Assembly (NCBI GenBank): GCA_033763905.1
Contig: JANRJP010000009.1
Span: 31,901-95,900 of the forward strand
From: Gemmatimonadaceae bacterium
GTDB taxonomy: Bacteria > Gemmatimonadota > Gemmatimonadetes > Gemmatimonadales > Gemmatimonadaceae
Reading direction: 5' to 3'
DNA: 64,000 nucleotides
A model generated the notes under the pieces. That model ran no database searches. It was not told where the DNA came from and worked only from the letters and a program-made list of their open reading frames with translations. Below, in pieces: positions 46,094 through 56,169 of this stretch. Within the stretch, counting starts at the first letter, position 1; the number at the start of each line of letters is the position of its first letter. Made by a program: the position numbers and the translations under genes.

Positions 46094-47017
46094 TCAGTCC
46101 TCGCGTGAGGTGCGGGCGCCGGGGCGCCGGATGAGAATCGTGCCGCTGAAGGTTTCGAGGTCGACGGCGGCGCCGCCGCCGCCGTTGATGCTGAACGACA
46201 TCCGGTCGCGCCGGACGCGACGCCCCTCCGACGAACTCGGGGCAATCGTGATCGGGAAGTCGCTGTCGATCTCCCCATTGAAGGTCTGCACGTTCACGTC
46301 GGCCTTCACATCGCCGGGCATCGCGATCATCACGTCGCCTGAATGCGACTTGAGCAGGTAGCGGCCGCGCGGATCCACCGTCCCGCGGTAGACCGCATCA
46401 CCACTGACCGTCTGCATCCGCACGTCCGACGACTTCGCGTCGCTGACGTTCACGTCGCCACTGACGGTCTCGGCGCTGACCAGCCCATCGACGTTCTTGA
46501 CGACGACGTCACCGGACACCGAGCTGATGCGCACGGTGCCGTTGGTCACGCGCTGCACGACGACGTCGCCCGAGACGCTGTTCGCTTCGACGCGGCCGAC
46601 GGCCTCTTCCACCGTGACATCGCCACTGGTGGAGCCGGCGACGACGTCGGCGCGCGTCCCACGGATCTCGATGTCGCCGCTCACGGCGTTGACATCCACC
46701 CGTGTGCCGACCGGGACGGTGATCGTCACCCGGCTGCCGTCGTCGTAGCTGCGGCCGCGGCGCGAACGCAACTCGACGCGCAGCCGCGACGACGACAGGT
46801 CCGTGTCGTACTCGAGGTCACCGGGCACGACCACGACGCGGGCCTGCGACTTGTTCCACGTCGAGATCGCGACATCGGCGGAATGCCCGCGGATGTCCAC
46901 GATGCCGTTCGCCGAGAAGGTGAAGGTGGTGTCGAGTTCGGCGCGCGCGGGACGTTGCGCGGCCGCTGGGACGCTCAGGGTGAGCGCGATCGGCAGGAGC
47001 AGGATGGGGCGCAGCAT
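46094..47017 (-). CDS. DUF4097 family beta-strand repeat secreted protein
   Basis: Signal peptide; repeated 'SVSGDV/TVSGD' motifs. Confidence 0.8.
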   Translation of the reverse strand: MLRPILLLPIALTLSVPAAAQRPARAELDTTFTFSANGIVDIRGHSADVAISTWNKSQARVVVVPGDLEYDTDLSSSRLRVELRSRRGRSYDDGSRVTITVPVGTRVDVNAVSGDIEIRGTRADVVAGSTSGDVTVEEAVGRVEANSVSGDVVVQRVTNGTVRISSVSGDVVVKNVDGLVSAETVSGDVNVSDAKSSDVRMQTVSGDAVYRGTVDPRGRYLLKSHSGDVMIAMPGDVKADVNVQTFNGEIDSDFPITIAPSSSEGRRVRRDRMSFSINGGGGAAVDLETFSGTILIRRPGARTSRED

Positions 47018-47030
47018 AGGAGAGCCTCGG

Positions 47031-47735
47031 TCAGGTCCGCGACGGCAGCAACGCCGCGCGGCGCATCAACTCGAGCTTGCGCCCGAGTACGGTGGAGAGT
47101 TGCTGTTCGAGAAACTGGTTCGCCGGGTCCGCCGACAGCGCGGCCTTGGCTTCGCGGATGGCGGCGTCGATGATCGCGAGGTTCTTCGTGATCACGTCCA
47201 CCGTCGTGGGGTCGAGCTTGTTGGCGCGCTCGGCGAGCGCCTGTTCGAGCACCGCGACTTCCGAGGCATAGGTCTCCTCGGCCGAGGGCCGCGAGACCAC
47301 GATCGGACGCGGCCGCTTGGGCTGTCCGGGGATCTGCGCGACCGATTCCACGCCCGGCCTCGCGGACATCCCGCCGGAGCGGACGACGTACCAGGTGCCG
47401 GTCACCGAGACCGCGACCAACGCCGCCGCGGCGGCGAGCTGACGGCGCCAGTCGGCCGCCGGCGACGTCGCCGCGGGCACGGGGGTGCCCATCGGCAGGA
47501 CGCGCGGTGCGATCCGCTCGGCGATGCCAGGCCAGAGATCACGAGTTGGCGTCGGCGCAGGGAGCATAGGTGCCTCGCGGATGATGCCCAGGACGTCGTC
47601 GGCCAACGCCCGGCAGCGGTCGCAGGTGGTGCGATGGGCCTCGGCCCGTGCGCGCGCATCGGGCGCGAGCGTGTCGTCGAGCCAGTCCGCGAAGACGGCG
47701 TCGAACGCGTCGCAGGAAAAGGTCGGGTTGGTCAT
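47031..47735 (-). CDS. Zinc-finger (zf-HC2) anti-sigma factor
   Basis: 'C...AHRTTCDRC' (HxxxCxxC) plus a single TM helix; ATG overlaps the sigma-factor stop. Confidence 0.85.
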   Translation of the reverse strand: MTNPTFSCDAFDAVFADWLDDTLAPDARARAEAHRTTCDRCRALADDVLGIIREAPMLPAPTPTRDLWPGIAERIAPRVLPMGTPVPAATSPAADWRRQLAAAAALVAVSVTGTWYVVRSGGMSARPGVESVAQIPGQPKRPRPIVVSRPSAEETYASEVAVLEQALAERANKLDPTTVDVITKNLAIIDAAIREAKAALSADPANQFLEQQLSTVLGRKLELMRRAALLPSRT

Positions 47736-48292
47736 CGGGTCAGCGCCTGCCGCAGGAGCAACCGGGCCCGATGGAGCTGGGCCTTGCTGCCGCCTGCCGT
47801 AATGCCGAGTTGATCGGCGATTTCTTCGTGCGTGTAGCCGTGCATATCGTGTAGGGCGAACACCCGCCGAGCGCCTTCGGGCAGTCGGCCGATCGCCTGT
47901 TCGAGATCCATCGACAAGCCGCTGTCCACCGGACGCGACGGCGTGGCGTCGAGCGCGGTCGCCGCGTCGTCGTGCTCGCGGTTCCGGTGCCGACTCGCAC
48001 TCGATCGGGCGTTGAGGACCACGTTCACGCCCAAGCGGTGGAGCCAGGTCGAGAACTGCGATTCGCCGCGGAACTGCGGCAGCTTCTCCCACGCGCGGAC
48101 GAAGATGTCCTGCGTGAGCTCTTCGGCGTGCGCGCGGTCGCCGCACATCCGCACCGTGACCGCGAAGACGCGTGCCGCGTGCGCCCGGTACAGGCGTTCG
48201 AACGCCTGCCGATCCCCTCCCGCGGCCGCCTGAACGTCGGCGGCGTGCGGGTCGTCGGCGGTGGCCGAGGCGGAGGCGGGCAGGGCACTCAT
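47732..48292 (-). CDS. ECF sigma-70 family RNA polymerase sigma factor
   Basis: 'AEELTQDIFVRAW...FSTWLHR...GYTHEEIA...SKAQLHRAR'. Confidence 0.93.
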   Translation of the reverse strand: MSALPASASATADDPHAADVQAAAGGDRQAFERLYRAHAARVFAVTVRMCGDRAHAEELTQDIFVRAWEKLPQFRGESQFSTWLHRLGVNVVLNARSSASRHRNREHDDAATALDATPSRPVDSGLSMDLEQAIGRLPEGARRVFALHDMHGYTHEEIADQLGITAGGSKAQLHRARLLLRQALTR

Positions 48293-48359
48293 CTCGGCCA
48301 ATCAGACAGCGCACCCCCGCCAAGGGTTTGAACCCGTCGGCGAAAGGGGCGCGGCCGGC

Positions 48360-49019
48360 CTACTGCCGGGCCGCCAGCTCGGCCAGCAACGGGGGCAGGT
48401 CGCGGATGTTCCGGAGCCACGCGCCGGGCCGGGCGTCGGCCAGCGACTTCCGGTCGAAGGGCCCCCACTGGGCGGCGACACTCAAGACGCCGGCGGCATT
48501 GCCGGCGTGGATATCGTGCGGGGAATCCCCGATGAAGAGCGCCGACTTCGCGTCGGTCACGCCCAGTTCGCGGAGGGCGTGCAGGACCGGTTCGGGTTCG
48601 GGCTTGTGAATCGTCGTCGTCTCGAGCCCGACAATCACCGGGAAGTGCGCGCGGATCCCGACCAGCTCGAGGGCGCGAATCGTGAGCGGGATCGACTTGC
48701 TGGTGACGACCGCCATCGGATGGCCGGCGGCGGTCAACGTGGCCAGCACTTCACTGACCCCGGGATACGGCTGCACGAGCGTGTCGTGGTTTGCGAGCTG
48801 GAACTCCCGATACTTGCCGATCAGCCACTGCACGTCCTCGGGACCGTCGGCCCAGTCGGCGAGCATCGCGTGGAGCGGCGTCCCGATGCGCTGGATCCAC
48901 TCGGCGTCCGTGGGGCGGCGCTCGCGTCCGGTAAAGGCGAACTGCATCGAGCCGACGATGAGTTCGATGGAGTCGACGAGGGTACCGTCGAGATCGAAGA
49001 GCAGCGGGCGAATCGTCAC
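48360..49019 (-). CDS. HAD-IA hydrolase (PpaX/phosphoglycolate phosphatase-like)
   Basis: 'FDLDGTLVDS', 'VVTSK', 'HKPEPEP' and 'IGDSPHD'. Confidence 0.92.
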   Translation of the reverse strand: MTIRPLLFDLDGTLVDSIELIVGSMQFAFTGRERRPTDAEWIQRIGTPLHAMLADWADGPEDVQWLIGKYREFQLANHDTLVQPYPGVSEVLATLTAAGHPMAVVTSKSIPLTIRALELVGIRAHFPVIVGLETTTIHKPEPEPVLHALRELGVTDAKSALFIGDSPHDIHAGNAAGVLSVAAQWGPFDRKSLADARPGAWLRNIRDLPPLLAELAARQ

Positions 49020-49028
49020 GCCTTGAGT

Positions 49029-51275
49029 TTACCCTCCGCCGGCGGCTTCCGCCTCCACCACCCACACGGCGACCACCTCGCGGGTGCCGCGGGGCGACGC
49101 CGATGCGGCGGCCGGCGGCACCGGTGCGGCGCGGACGATTCGGACGACCCGCGCAAGCCACGCCACACCGCGCGCCCGACTCTGCACGGCCTTGCCGAGC
49201 ACGGCTTCGATGTGGGCGGGAAGCGGTGCGGTCAGGCGCGCGCGGAACTCCTGCAGGAGGGTGTGCGCGGCCACCCGTTGGTGTCTGGGAGCCTCGCGCA
49301 GCGCGCGCTCCGCGTGCGCCAGCCACCTCGGCGGGACCGGTGCGAACCCACCGGTGAGTGCCGAGGTGGCCTCGTCATCCGACAGCGTACGGCGCAAGGC
49401 CAGAATCCGCCGCGCCAGCCTGCGGCGATCGCGCGCTTGCAGTCCGCGCAGTGCCGAGGCAATTGGGGGATCACCGACGCCAAGGCGTTCCGCGACTTGC
49501 TGTGCTGTGAGTGGCGCCCAACGCGGCAACCCCTCGGCGGACTCGCCGTACGCCTGGACGCCATCGCGGTCGCGGATCACCGCGACACAGGCACCGGGAC
49601 GTGCGCCGCCGACAGCGCCGAGCAGATACACCGGCGTACCCTGGACGACCTGGGGCTCCGCCGCGGGCGGGTGTCGCAGCCGACGCCGCAGCGCGGCGAT
49701 CCGCTCATCGCCGAGGACGCGCACGGCGTCGGCTCGCTTGCGATCGAGGCGGGAGTCGAGTTGCAGCGTGGCGTTCCCCGACGCCGGCGGGGCGAACGCG
49801 GCGACGGCGACGTGTGGGTGCTCGGCGCCGAGTCGCGCCACGCGTCCGATGCGTTGGGCAATCCGCGCCGGCGTCCACGGCAGGTCGGCGTGGACGATCT
49901 GCGCTGCGCGATGCAGGTTGACGCCCTCGCTCGCGAGGTCGGTGGCAATCACCAGGCGGAGCACGCGTGTCGGGTCGCGTGCCGTCGCTCCGACACGCGC
50001 GGGATCGAGCCAACGCAACAGTTCCGCGCGCGGGATTGCGCCCGACGCAATGCGGCCGCCCGTCGCGGTGAGCAGTGCAACGCCGGCGTGCTGCCGCAGA
50101 CCGCGCCAGTACATCGCTGCGGTGGCGGTGGCGTGGGTGAACAGCAGCGTGGGGGCCTCGGACTGCTGCACCCACGCCCACACCCGGGCGCAGCGGTGTG
50201 CATCGCCGCGGTCGTCCAGGCCGCTGTGCAGCAGCGTGCGTAACGCGTCGGCGTGGCGAGTCACGATCGGCAGCAGTGACGCGACCGTCGCTGGGCCGAG
50301 CCCCCACCCCGCGTCAACGGCGGGGTCGGCGAATGGCAACTCCGGCTGCACGGTGGCATCGGCGCCGACCCAGCGGCGCAAAGTGGCCGGCGTTGGTCGG
50401 CGGCCATCGAGCAGCAACGCGCACATCGCATCGGCCATCGAGAGACGGCGAATGAGCGCCGTGCGCAGCGCCGCGGCGGACGAGGCCCACGCCCGGAGCA
50501 GACCGAACCGCCAGAGGGCGTCAGCACGATTCGGCGCCTGGATGTCGACGACGGGGAGCGCCGGCGGCAGCGTCTCGATCGCCGCCGCTACCCCGGCGTC
50601 GTCGGGGACCGCCCACCACAGCCACGGATGCACCCGAGGTAGCGCGACCGAGGCGTCGAGTTCGTCGGCGGTTCGCCGCACCGTGATCGACTGGATCTGC
50701 GCATCGGTCCACGTGGCGGCGCGCGCACCGAGCGCGAGGCGCAGGATCGTGACGACGTCGGCGCGGGCGTTGTGAATCGGGGTTGCGCTGCAGAGCAGCA
50801 GCGGTCGGCCACGACAGAGCCGTGCGGCGTGTCGCCAGCGGCGCGTGGTCGCGGTGCGGAACCCGTGGGCCTCATCAAGAATGACCAGCGGATGCGTCGT
50901 CGGGCTGACCGATCGTCGCGACAGGTGTTCCGTGCTGTGCACGGTCACCCCGACGTCGGCGCGTGCGGCGGCCTCCCGCCACGCCTCCACAACCGCGGCG
51001 GGGGCGATCACGTGCGCCCCGCCGCGCCGCGCGGCGACGCCGAGTGCCGCGTAGGTCTTGCCGAGCCCGGTGGCATCGGCGAGCAACGCAACGCCGTGCG
51101 CGTCGAGCACTCGCTGCAGCGCGGCCACTGCGTCGCGCTGGTGCGGGGCGAGCACGACCCGCCCCAGCATCTGGCGCGGGGCATCCGCCGGAGCATCGCC
51201 AAGCGTTTCGTCAGGCGGCGTCGCGACATCGAGCGCCGCGCCGAGCGCCGACCACGGCTCGCGCGGGTCGGTCAT
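49029..51275 (-). CDS. SF2 (SNF2-like) helicase/ATPase
   Basis: Q-motif 'LAPHQRDAV', Walker A 'ADATGLGKT', 'ILDEAH', 'SATPIHN', 'ATDLASEGVNL' and 'PWTPARIAQRIGRVARLG'. True start is ATG 51275 within the 1581-aa ORF. Confidence 0.88.
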   Translation of the reverse strand: MTDPREPWSALGAALDVATPPDETLGDAPADAPRQMLGRVVLAPHQRDAVAALQRVLDAHGVALLADATGLGKTYAALGVAARRGGAHVIAPAAVVEAWREAAARADVGVTVHSTEHLSRRSVSPTTHPLVILDEAHGFRTATTRRWRHAARLCRGRPLLLCSATPIHNARADVVTILRLALGARAATWTDAQIQSITVRRTADELDASVALPRVHPWLWWAVPDDAGVAAAIETLPPALPVVDIQAPNRADALWRFGLLRAWASSAAALRTALIRRLSMADAMCALLLDGRRPTPATLRRWVGADATVQPELPFADPAVDAGWGLGPATVASLLPIVTRHADALRTLLHSGLDDRGDAHRCARVWAWVQQSEAPTLLFTHATATAAMYWRGLRQHAGVALLTATGGRIASGAIPRAELLRWLDPARVGATARDPTRVLRLVIATDLASEGVNLHRAAQIVHADLPWTPARIAQRIGRVARLGAEHPHVAVAAFAPPASGNATLQLDSRLDRKRADAVRVLGDERIAALRRRLRHPPAAEPQVVQGTPVYLLGAVGGARPGACVAVIRDRDGVQAYGESAEGLPRWAPLTAQQVAERLGVGDPPIASALRGLQARDRRRLARRILALRRTLSDDEATSALTGGFAPVPPRWLAHAERALREAPRHQRVAAHTLLQEFRARLTAPLPAHIEAVLGKAVQSRARGVAWLARVVRIVRAAPVPPAAASASPRGTREVVAVWVVEAEAAGGG

Positions 51276-54200
51276 CGTTGGTCCCACTCCAGTAACGGGC
51301 GCAGGGTCGCGGGACGGACGCCGTACGCCTCGGCCACCGTGTGCCAGAGTTCCGATGGATCCGGGTCGGTCCCGTTCCACGCCTGCTCGGCCAGCGGTGC
51401 CAAGAGGGCGACGGCGCGCGACCAGTCCCGAGGCAGCGGCAACTGCGCGACGGTCCAGCCGAGGAACCGGCGCCATCCGCCGCGCGCGGGTTCGGCGAGT
51501 CCGCCGAGCCACGCGGCGATCACCGCCGAGTTGAGCAGGGCTGCAAGTGCGAGCGCGTCCTCGTCGGACGGCGCGGCGAGCACATAGCAGGTGTTCAGCG
51601 GCACCACCGGCGATCCCTGGGGCAGCACGGCGGCTTTCGGCGCTCGCCCGAAGTCGCTCCAGATGACGCGTGGTGCGTGGCTGCGGGCACCATCGGTGCG
51701 GAAGAGTGCCCACCACGGCTTCGATCGGCTCGCGCGCACATCGCTGCGCTGGACGAGGCGATTGCGCCACGGGCCGAGCCAGGCCGACAGGTCGGGCGGG
51801 AGCACGGGAAGTACCGAGAGCGTTTCGTCGGCGTGATGCGGAAAGACGATCGCTTCGCGCGTTGGCGGGAGGCGCCACCGGTCCAGCGTTTCGCCGCGCA
51901 CCAGCGGCCGCACCCAGCGCCGCTCGATGTCTGCCGAGCGATGGCCGGCGCGCACGTGCACCCAGGCACGGCCCGTTGCCGGCTGTGCCGTGCGTTCGAC
52001 GACGAAGGCCTCGTTGCAACCGCACTTCACTCCGAGGGTGGGACGGCGGAACGGCGACGTGCCCAGTGGCGGCCCGGCATCGCGCAGCGCATCGAAGGCG
52101 CGTCGCACGGCCGGTGGCAGCAGGAGCCAGGGACTGCCCGGCGCGTCGTCGTAGGCGAGGGCGCGACGCGTCGCCTGCCAGCGGAGCGCCGTGCTGCGGT
52201 GCAGCACCACCGCGTCGGCGTTCGGCTCCTCGTGCGGTGCGGGACTCGGGCCGGCGGCGAGTCGCGGGCGTTCGAGGACGACGATGCCGGGGTAGACGGC
52301 CGCGTCGAAGGTTGCCGGGCCCTCGCTCCAGTCCTGGATGTGCAGCAATGCCGTGTCCGACGCGATGAGCGCGCGCCATCCCGCGCCCGCGAGCGAACGC
52401 CACAACTTCGTCGGCAGCACGAAGGCCAGCACGCCGCCGCGCCGCAGGAGCGAGACGCCACGCTCGGTGAACAGCGCGGCGAGATCCACCTGCGCGCCGA
52501 AGCCGGGCGCCGCGTCGCCACTGCCGGCTGGCCACGCGCCGTCTCTCGCGACGCGGAACGCGTGGCGATACGCCTCGCGGGCGATGGCATCGACGCGATG
52601 CGGCCGCACCCAAGGCGGGTTGCCGATGATGAGCCCAAAGCCGCCCTCCCCCGCCGCGGCGGCGAAATGCGAGGCGAACGCGAATGGCAGCGCGCCGCCG
52701 GCCGCGAGCCGCCGCCGTTCGCGTTCGATCGCTTGCTGCTCGCGGCGGCTCGCCGCCCGCAGGGCGCGCTCGGCGGCCGTCGGGCGATGCCGTGCGCCAA
52801 AGAGGTCGCGGCTCCGCTGCTGCCGCAGGAGTTCCGCGCGTGCCCCGCGCACCACGCGATGCTGCCGCTCCAACGCCGCGACGGCGGCGGCCCGCTCGAG
52901 CCGGTCGAGCTGGCGCGCGAGCAGGTGTTTGCGCCGGCCGCTCGCGCGGGCGTACCGCTCGCGGGCGACCTGTACGCGACGCGAGGCGGCCGGGTCGTGC
53001 ACGCGTGCGAAATCGCCGCCGGAGAGGGCGTCGCCGACGCGTACGTGCCGGTCGAGATTCGGAAGCGGCGGGACGCGTCGGGGGTCGGGTTCGTCGTGTG
53101 CAACCACCACGGCCAGCCAGAGCCGGAGTTCGCACAGCCAGACCGCGACCGGGTTCCGGTCGACGCCGTGCAGTTGTCGCGCGAGGATGTCTCGGCGCAA
53201 CGCGGCGTCGACGAGCGGGTCGCCAGCGGCGCGCCGGATGGTGGCTAGGCCGTCGAGCAACCGCACGAGAAACGCGCCGGAGCCGCAGGCGGGATCGCAG
53301 ACGCGGAGCGCACGTGCGCGATCGAGCAGGGCCCGCGCGGCCGCCCCGCTTTGGCTGACGCCGTGCAGCGCTTCGGTGACGACGCGTGCGTCGACGGCGG
53401 GGCCCACCAGCGCGGATGTCAGGGCCAGATGGGCGACGGTATCGACCAGGGCGGGCGGAGTGTAGAAGGCCCCGGACGACTTGCGATCCGACGCGCCCAT
53501 CAGCGATTCGAAGGCGAGGCCCAGCATTTCGGGATCGACGGCCGCCTCGCGATACGTGAGCGCGTCCTCGCGCGCGGTGAACCGGTACCGCGTGAGCACC
53601 TCGTCGAAGCAACGCCCATACGCGGCGTCGTCGATGATGACGCGTCGGTGCGCACGTTCTTCCGGCGTGCGGCCGAACAGGCCGCCATTCAGGAACGGGA
53701 TGCGCCCGAAACGCCGGGCGCGCGCGGCGCGCTGCGCCGAGGGGGTGTTCAACGTGCCGAACCACAGGGGCCACAGGATCCGGCGATGGTAGCCGCCACC
53801 CGACCGCATCGCGTCGTCGAACTGATTGACGAGAAAGGCGCGGTCGCCATCCAGCCAGCCCTTGCCCTCGAGAAACGACAGGAACAACAGGCGTGAGGCC
53901 GCGGTGATCGCGAGTGCGCGGCGTGACGTCGATGGCACCGCGTGGTCGATGCTGTCCCCCATCGCGCGGACGACGCGTTCGAGCGCGCGGTAGAACCGTC
54001 CGGTGAGGGCATCGCGGCCGAGGACTTCGCCCCAGCGCTGATGGACGAGATCATCGTCGGCGTGTGCCGCCGCGGCGGCCAACGCCATCACGGTCTGTAC
54101 GTCGCTGTCGACGATCTCACCACGGCGGACGACTAGCGCCGACACGAGCGGGGCCGGGATGTGGGGCGTCGCCACCGCGAGGATCGCGTCGTGAGTCGAC

Positions 54201-54499
54201 GCCCGCCGACCGGCGACGCACCAGATCCGGTGCCCGGCGTGGCGAACGAGCAGGCCCGCAATGCGCCGCGTGGCGTCACGGAGAGATTCGTCGCCCTTCC
54301 ATTCGAAGGTGAGCAGACCGAGCCGGCCCGGCCGCGTTGTGGCGCGACAGCTCGCGGCGGAAGGCGGGAGCTGCAGTGCGTCGCGTGCGCCGCGCGGGAG
54401 TGTCGTTAGCGGCGCAAACCGGAGGCCGGTGGCGAGTGGGGCGAAGTCGCCATCCAGCGCGGCGGACAACAGGTGAGCGGCATCGGGGAGTCGGAGCAC
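51272..54499 (-). CDS. Large N6-adenine DNA methyltransferase (Eco57I/type IIG-like, gamma class)
   Basis: 'IPFLNGGLF', 'VDPEMLGLAFESL', 'GAFYTP', motif I 'DPACGSGAFL', 'GVDRNP', motif IV 'IIGNPPW' and a TaqI_C-like C-terminus 'LAALLNS'. Confidence 0.88.
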   Translation of the reverse strand: MLRLPDAAHLLSAALDGDFAPLATGLRFAPLTTLPRGARDALQLPPSAASCRATTRPGRLGLLTFEWKGDESLRDATRRIAGLLVRHAGHRIWCVAGRRASTHDAILAVATPHIPAPLVSALVVRRGEIVDSDVQTVMALAAAAAHADDDLVHQRWGEVLGRDALTGRFYRALERVVRAMGDSIDHAVPSTSRRALAITAASRLLFLSFLEGKGWLDGDRAFLVNQFDDAMRSGGGYHRRILWPLWFGTLNTPSAQRAARARRFGRIPFLNGGLFGRTPEERAHRRVIIDDAAYGRCFDEVLTRYRFTAREDALTYREAAVDPEMLGLAFESLMGASDRKSSGAFYTPPALVDTVAHLALTSALVGPAVDARVVTEALHGVSQSGAAARALLDRARALRVCDPACGSGAFLVRLLDGLATIRRAAGDPLVDAALRRDILARQLHGVDRNPVAVWLCELRLWLAVVVAHDEPDPRRVPPLPNLDRHVRVGDALSGGDFARVHDPAASRRVQVARERYARASGRRKHLLARQLDRLERAAAVAALERQHRVVRGARAELLRQQRSRDLFGARHRPTAAERALRAASRREQQAIERERRRLAAGGALPFAFASHFAAAAGEGGFGLIIGNPPWVRPHRVDAIAREAYRHAFRVARDGAWPAGSGDAAPGFGAQVDLAALFTERGVSLLRRGGVLAFVLPTKLWRSLAGAGWRALIASDTALLHIQDWSEGPATFDAAVYPGIVVLERPRLAAGPSPAPHEEPNADAVVLHRSTALRWQATRRALAYDDAPGSPWLLLPPAVRRAFDALRDAGPPLGTSPFRRPTLGVKCGCNEAFVVERTAQPATGRAWVHVRAGHRSADIERRWVRPLVRGETLDRWRLPPTREAIVFPHHADETLSVLPVLPPDLSAWLGPWRNRLVQRSDVRASRSKPWWALFRTDGARSHAPRVIWSDFGRAPKAAVLPQGSPVVPLNTCYVLAAPSDEDALALAALLNSAVIAAWLGGLAEPARGGWRRFLGWTVAQLPLPRDWSRAVALLAPLAEQAWNGTDPDPSELWHTVAEAYGVRPATLRPLLEWDQR

Positions 54500-54561
54500 G
54501 GCGGCAACCTGCGCGCAGCGCCGCCCCGGGCCGTCGGCGCGTCATCGCCGACGGGTGCAAT

Positions 54562-55716
54562 TCATTGCGAGGGGTAGGTGCGGCCGCGCCACGTGACGCC
54601 GTCGCCGCGCACCGCCGCGATGAGGCCGATCCAGCAGAAGATCACCGCGCCCAACGGGTGACAGAGCGCGTGCCACATCGGAAGCTGCAGCCAGCGGTAC
54701 ATCACGGCGGCCCACACGGTCTGCACCGTGAGCGCAATCACGCCGGCGTGCACGACCCAGGTCGGCGTCGACGGCGACAGCCCCGCGAGCACCGCCAGCA
54801 GCGGCGCGAGCAGCACCCAGGGGCCCACCGCGGTCACGACGCGGAGCAACGGCCACAGGGACGGGGCCACGACGAACTTGCCACCGGAGTACAAGTTCTT
54901 TGCCCAACCGGCCACGAGCGCGCCGAGGCTGTCGTACATCCGGGTGGACTGGGCGTCGAGCGCGGCACGGAGCACGACCTTGCCGCCCCGGGCGACCACG
55001 TGCTGCGCCATCCGCAGGTCGTCGGCAACGGTGTCGCGCACCGCTTCCCAGCCGCCGAGGGCGTCGTAGGCCTCTCGCGTGAACATCAGGCATTGGCCGT
55101 TGGCCAGGGCCTGCGTCGGCCGCGTGGCGCGCTCGATGGCATTGAGCCCCCCGAAGCGCAGCGCGAGGATGAAGAACGGCACGGGCAGCGCCACGCGCTC
55201 CCAGAACGTGCGCATCTCCTGCCGCCCGGCGATCGAGAGCAGCGTGGCGCCGGTCTCGTCCTGTGCGCGCACCAGTCGGGCGATCAGCTCAGGGGCGTGC
55301 CAGGTGTCGGCGTCGGCGAAGAGCAGGCGGTCGCCGGTGGCGATCTGGGCGCCGGCGACGCAGGCCCACTGCTTCCCGAACCAACCCTCGGGCAGCGGCG
55401 GTGGGCTGATGACGCGCAGGCGCGGGTCGCCGAATCCCGCGGTGCGCGCGAGCGTCCCGGTGCCGTCGCTCGAATGATCGTCGACCACGATCAACTCGAG
55501 GTCGCCCCAGGTGGAGGCCAGCACGCTGCGCACGAGCCGCTCGATGTTGCCCGCCTCGTTGCGCGCGGGCACGATCACACTGACCCGCGGGGCGCCCTCG
55601 TGCCAAGGGCGAGCGGGCGGCAACGGCGAAGAATCGAGCAGGCGCCACGCCACGACGGTCGGGGCGACGGCCCACGGGGCGGCGGCCACCAGGGCCAGCG
55701 AATCGGGAAGTTCCAC
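54562..55716 (-). CDS. GT2 family membrane glycosyltransferase (CrtQ/CruC/HpnB-like; possibly a carotenoid glycosyltransferase)
   Basis: 'IVPARNE', 'DDHSSDGT', 'LPEGWFGKQWAC', 'FADAD', 'ANGQC' and 'DDLRMA'. Confidence 0.85.
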   Translation of the reverse strand: MELPDSLALVAAAPWAVAPTVVAWRLLDSSPLPPARPWHEGAPRVSVIVPARNEAGNIERLVRSVLASTWGDLELIVVDDHSSDGTGTLARTAGFGDPRLRVISPPPLPEGWFGKQWACVAGAQIATGDRLLFADADTWHAPELIARLVRAQDETGATLLSIAGRQEMRTFWERVALPVPFFILALRFGGLNAIERATRPTQALANGQCLMFTREAYDALGGWEAVRDTVADDLRMAQHVVARGGKVVLRAALDAQSTRMYDSLGALVAGWAKNLYSGGKFVVAPSLWPLLRVVTAVGPWVLLAPLLAVLAGLSPSTPTWVVHAGVIALTVQTVWAAVMYRWLQLPMWHALCHPLGAVIFCWIGLIAAVRGDGVTWRGRTYPSQ

Positions 55717-55815
55717 GGGAGGGGAAAGCTAGTCCCCTGCGCCGGTCCCGGGATCTGGCGGCGACTAATCAACCGTATTACTCTTGTAGCATATTACTTC
55801 CCCGACGTCCCGCCA

Positions 55816-56148
55816 ATGGCCAAGTTCGACCTGACTCCCGACGTACTCGAGCTCATCGCCCACCGCTTCAAGGCCCTGGGCGATCCCTCGCGCCTGGCGA
55901 TTCTCAACACCCTGCGGGACGGCGAGCTCAACGTGACCGATATCGTCGAGCGCACGGGATTGAGTCAGGCCAACACCAGCAAGCAGCTCAAGCAGCTGCA
56001 CGCCTTGGGGTTCGTCGCTCGGCGCAAGGACGGCCTGTTCGTCCTCTACCGGATGGCGGACAAGGGCGTCTTCAAGCTCTGCGACGTGATGTGCGAGCGG
56101 ATGGAAGCCGAGACCAACCGACGGAAGCGGGTGCTGGCGGGCGCGTGA
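55816..56148 (+). CDS. ArsR/SmtB family transcriptional regulator with C-terminal CxxxC
   Basis: 'FKALGDPSRLAIL...SQANTSKQL...RRKDGLFVLY...LCDVMC'. Confidence 0.92.
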   Translation: MAKFDLTPDVLELIAHRFKALGDPSRLAILNTLRDGELNVTDIVERTGLSQANTSKQLKQLHALGFVARRKDGLFVLYRMADKGVFKLCDVMCERMEAETNRRKRVLAGA

Positions 56149-56169
56149 CGCCCGCCAGCGACGCTGACG

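Noticed and set aside
45277..47017. Repeated TVNG/VSGD motifs considered a novel repeat system
   Set aside because: These are protein-level beta-strand repeats of DUF4097 proteins, commonly found behind ECF/anti-sigma pairs.
51276..53774. 833-codon stop-free upstream extension of the helicase ORF (1581-aa call) overlapping the methyltransferase on the same strand; considered a frameshift fusion or overprinted gene
   Set aside because: The translation is Arg/Ala/Pro-rich with no motifs, long open frames are expected at this GC, and a clean ATGA coupling at 51272-51275 explains the helicase start.
55776..55798. TATTACT direct repeat upstream of the ArsR gene as an operator
   Set aside because: ArsR operators are typically inverted repeats; this could simply be divergent -10 elements.
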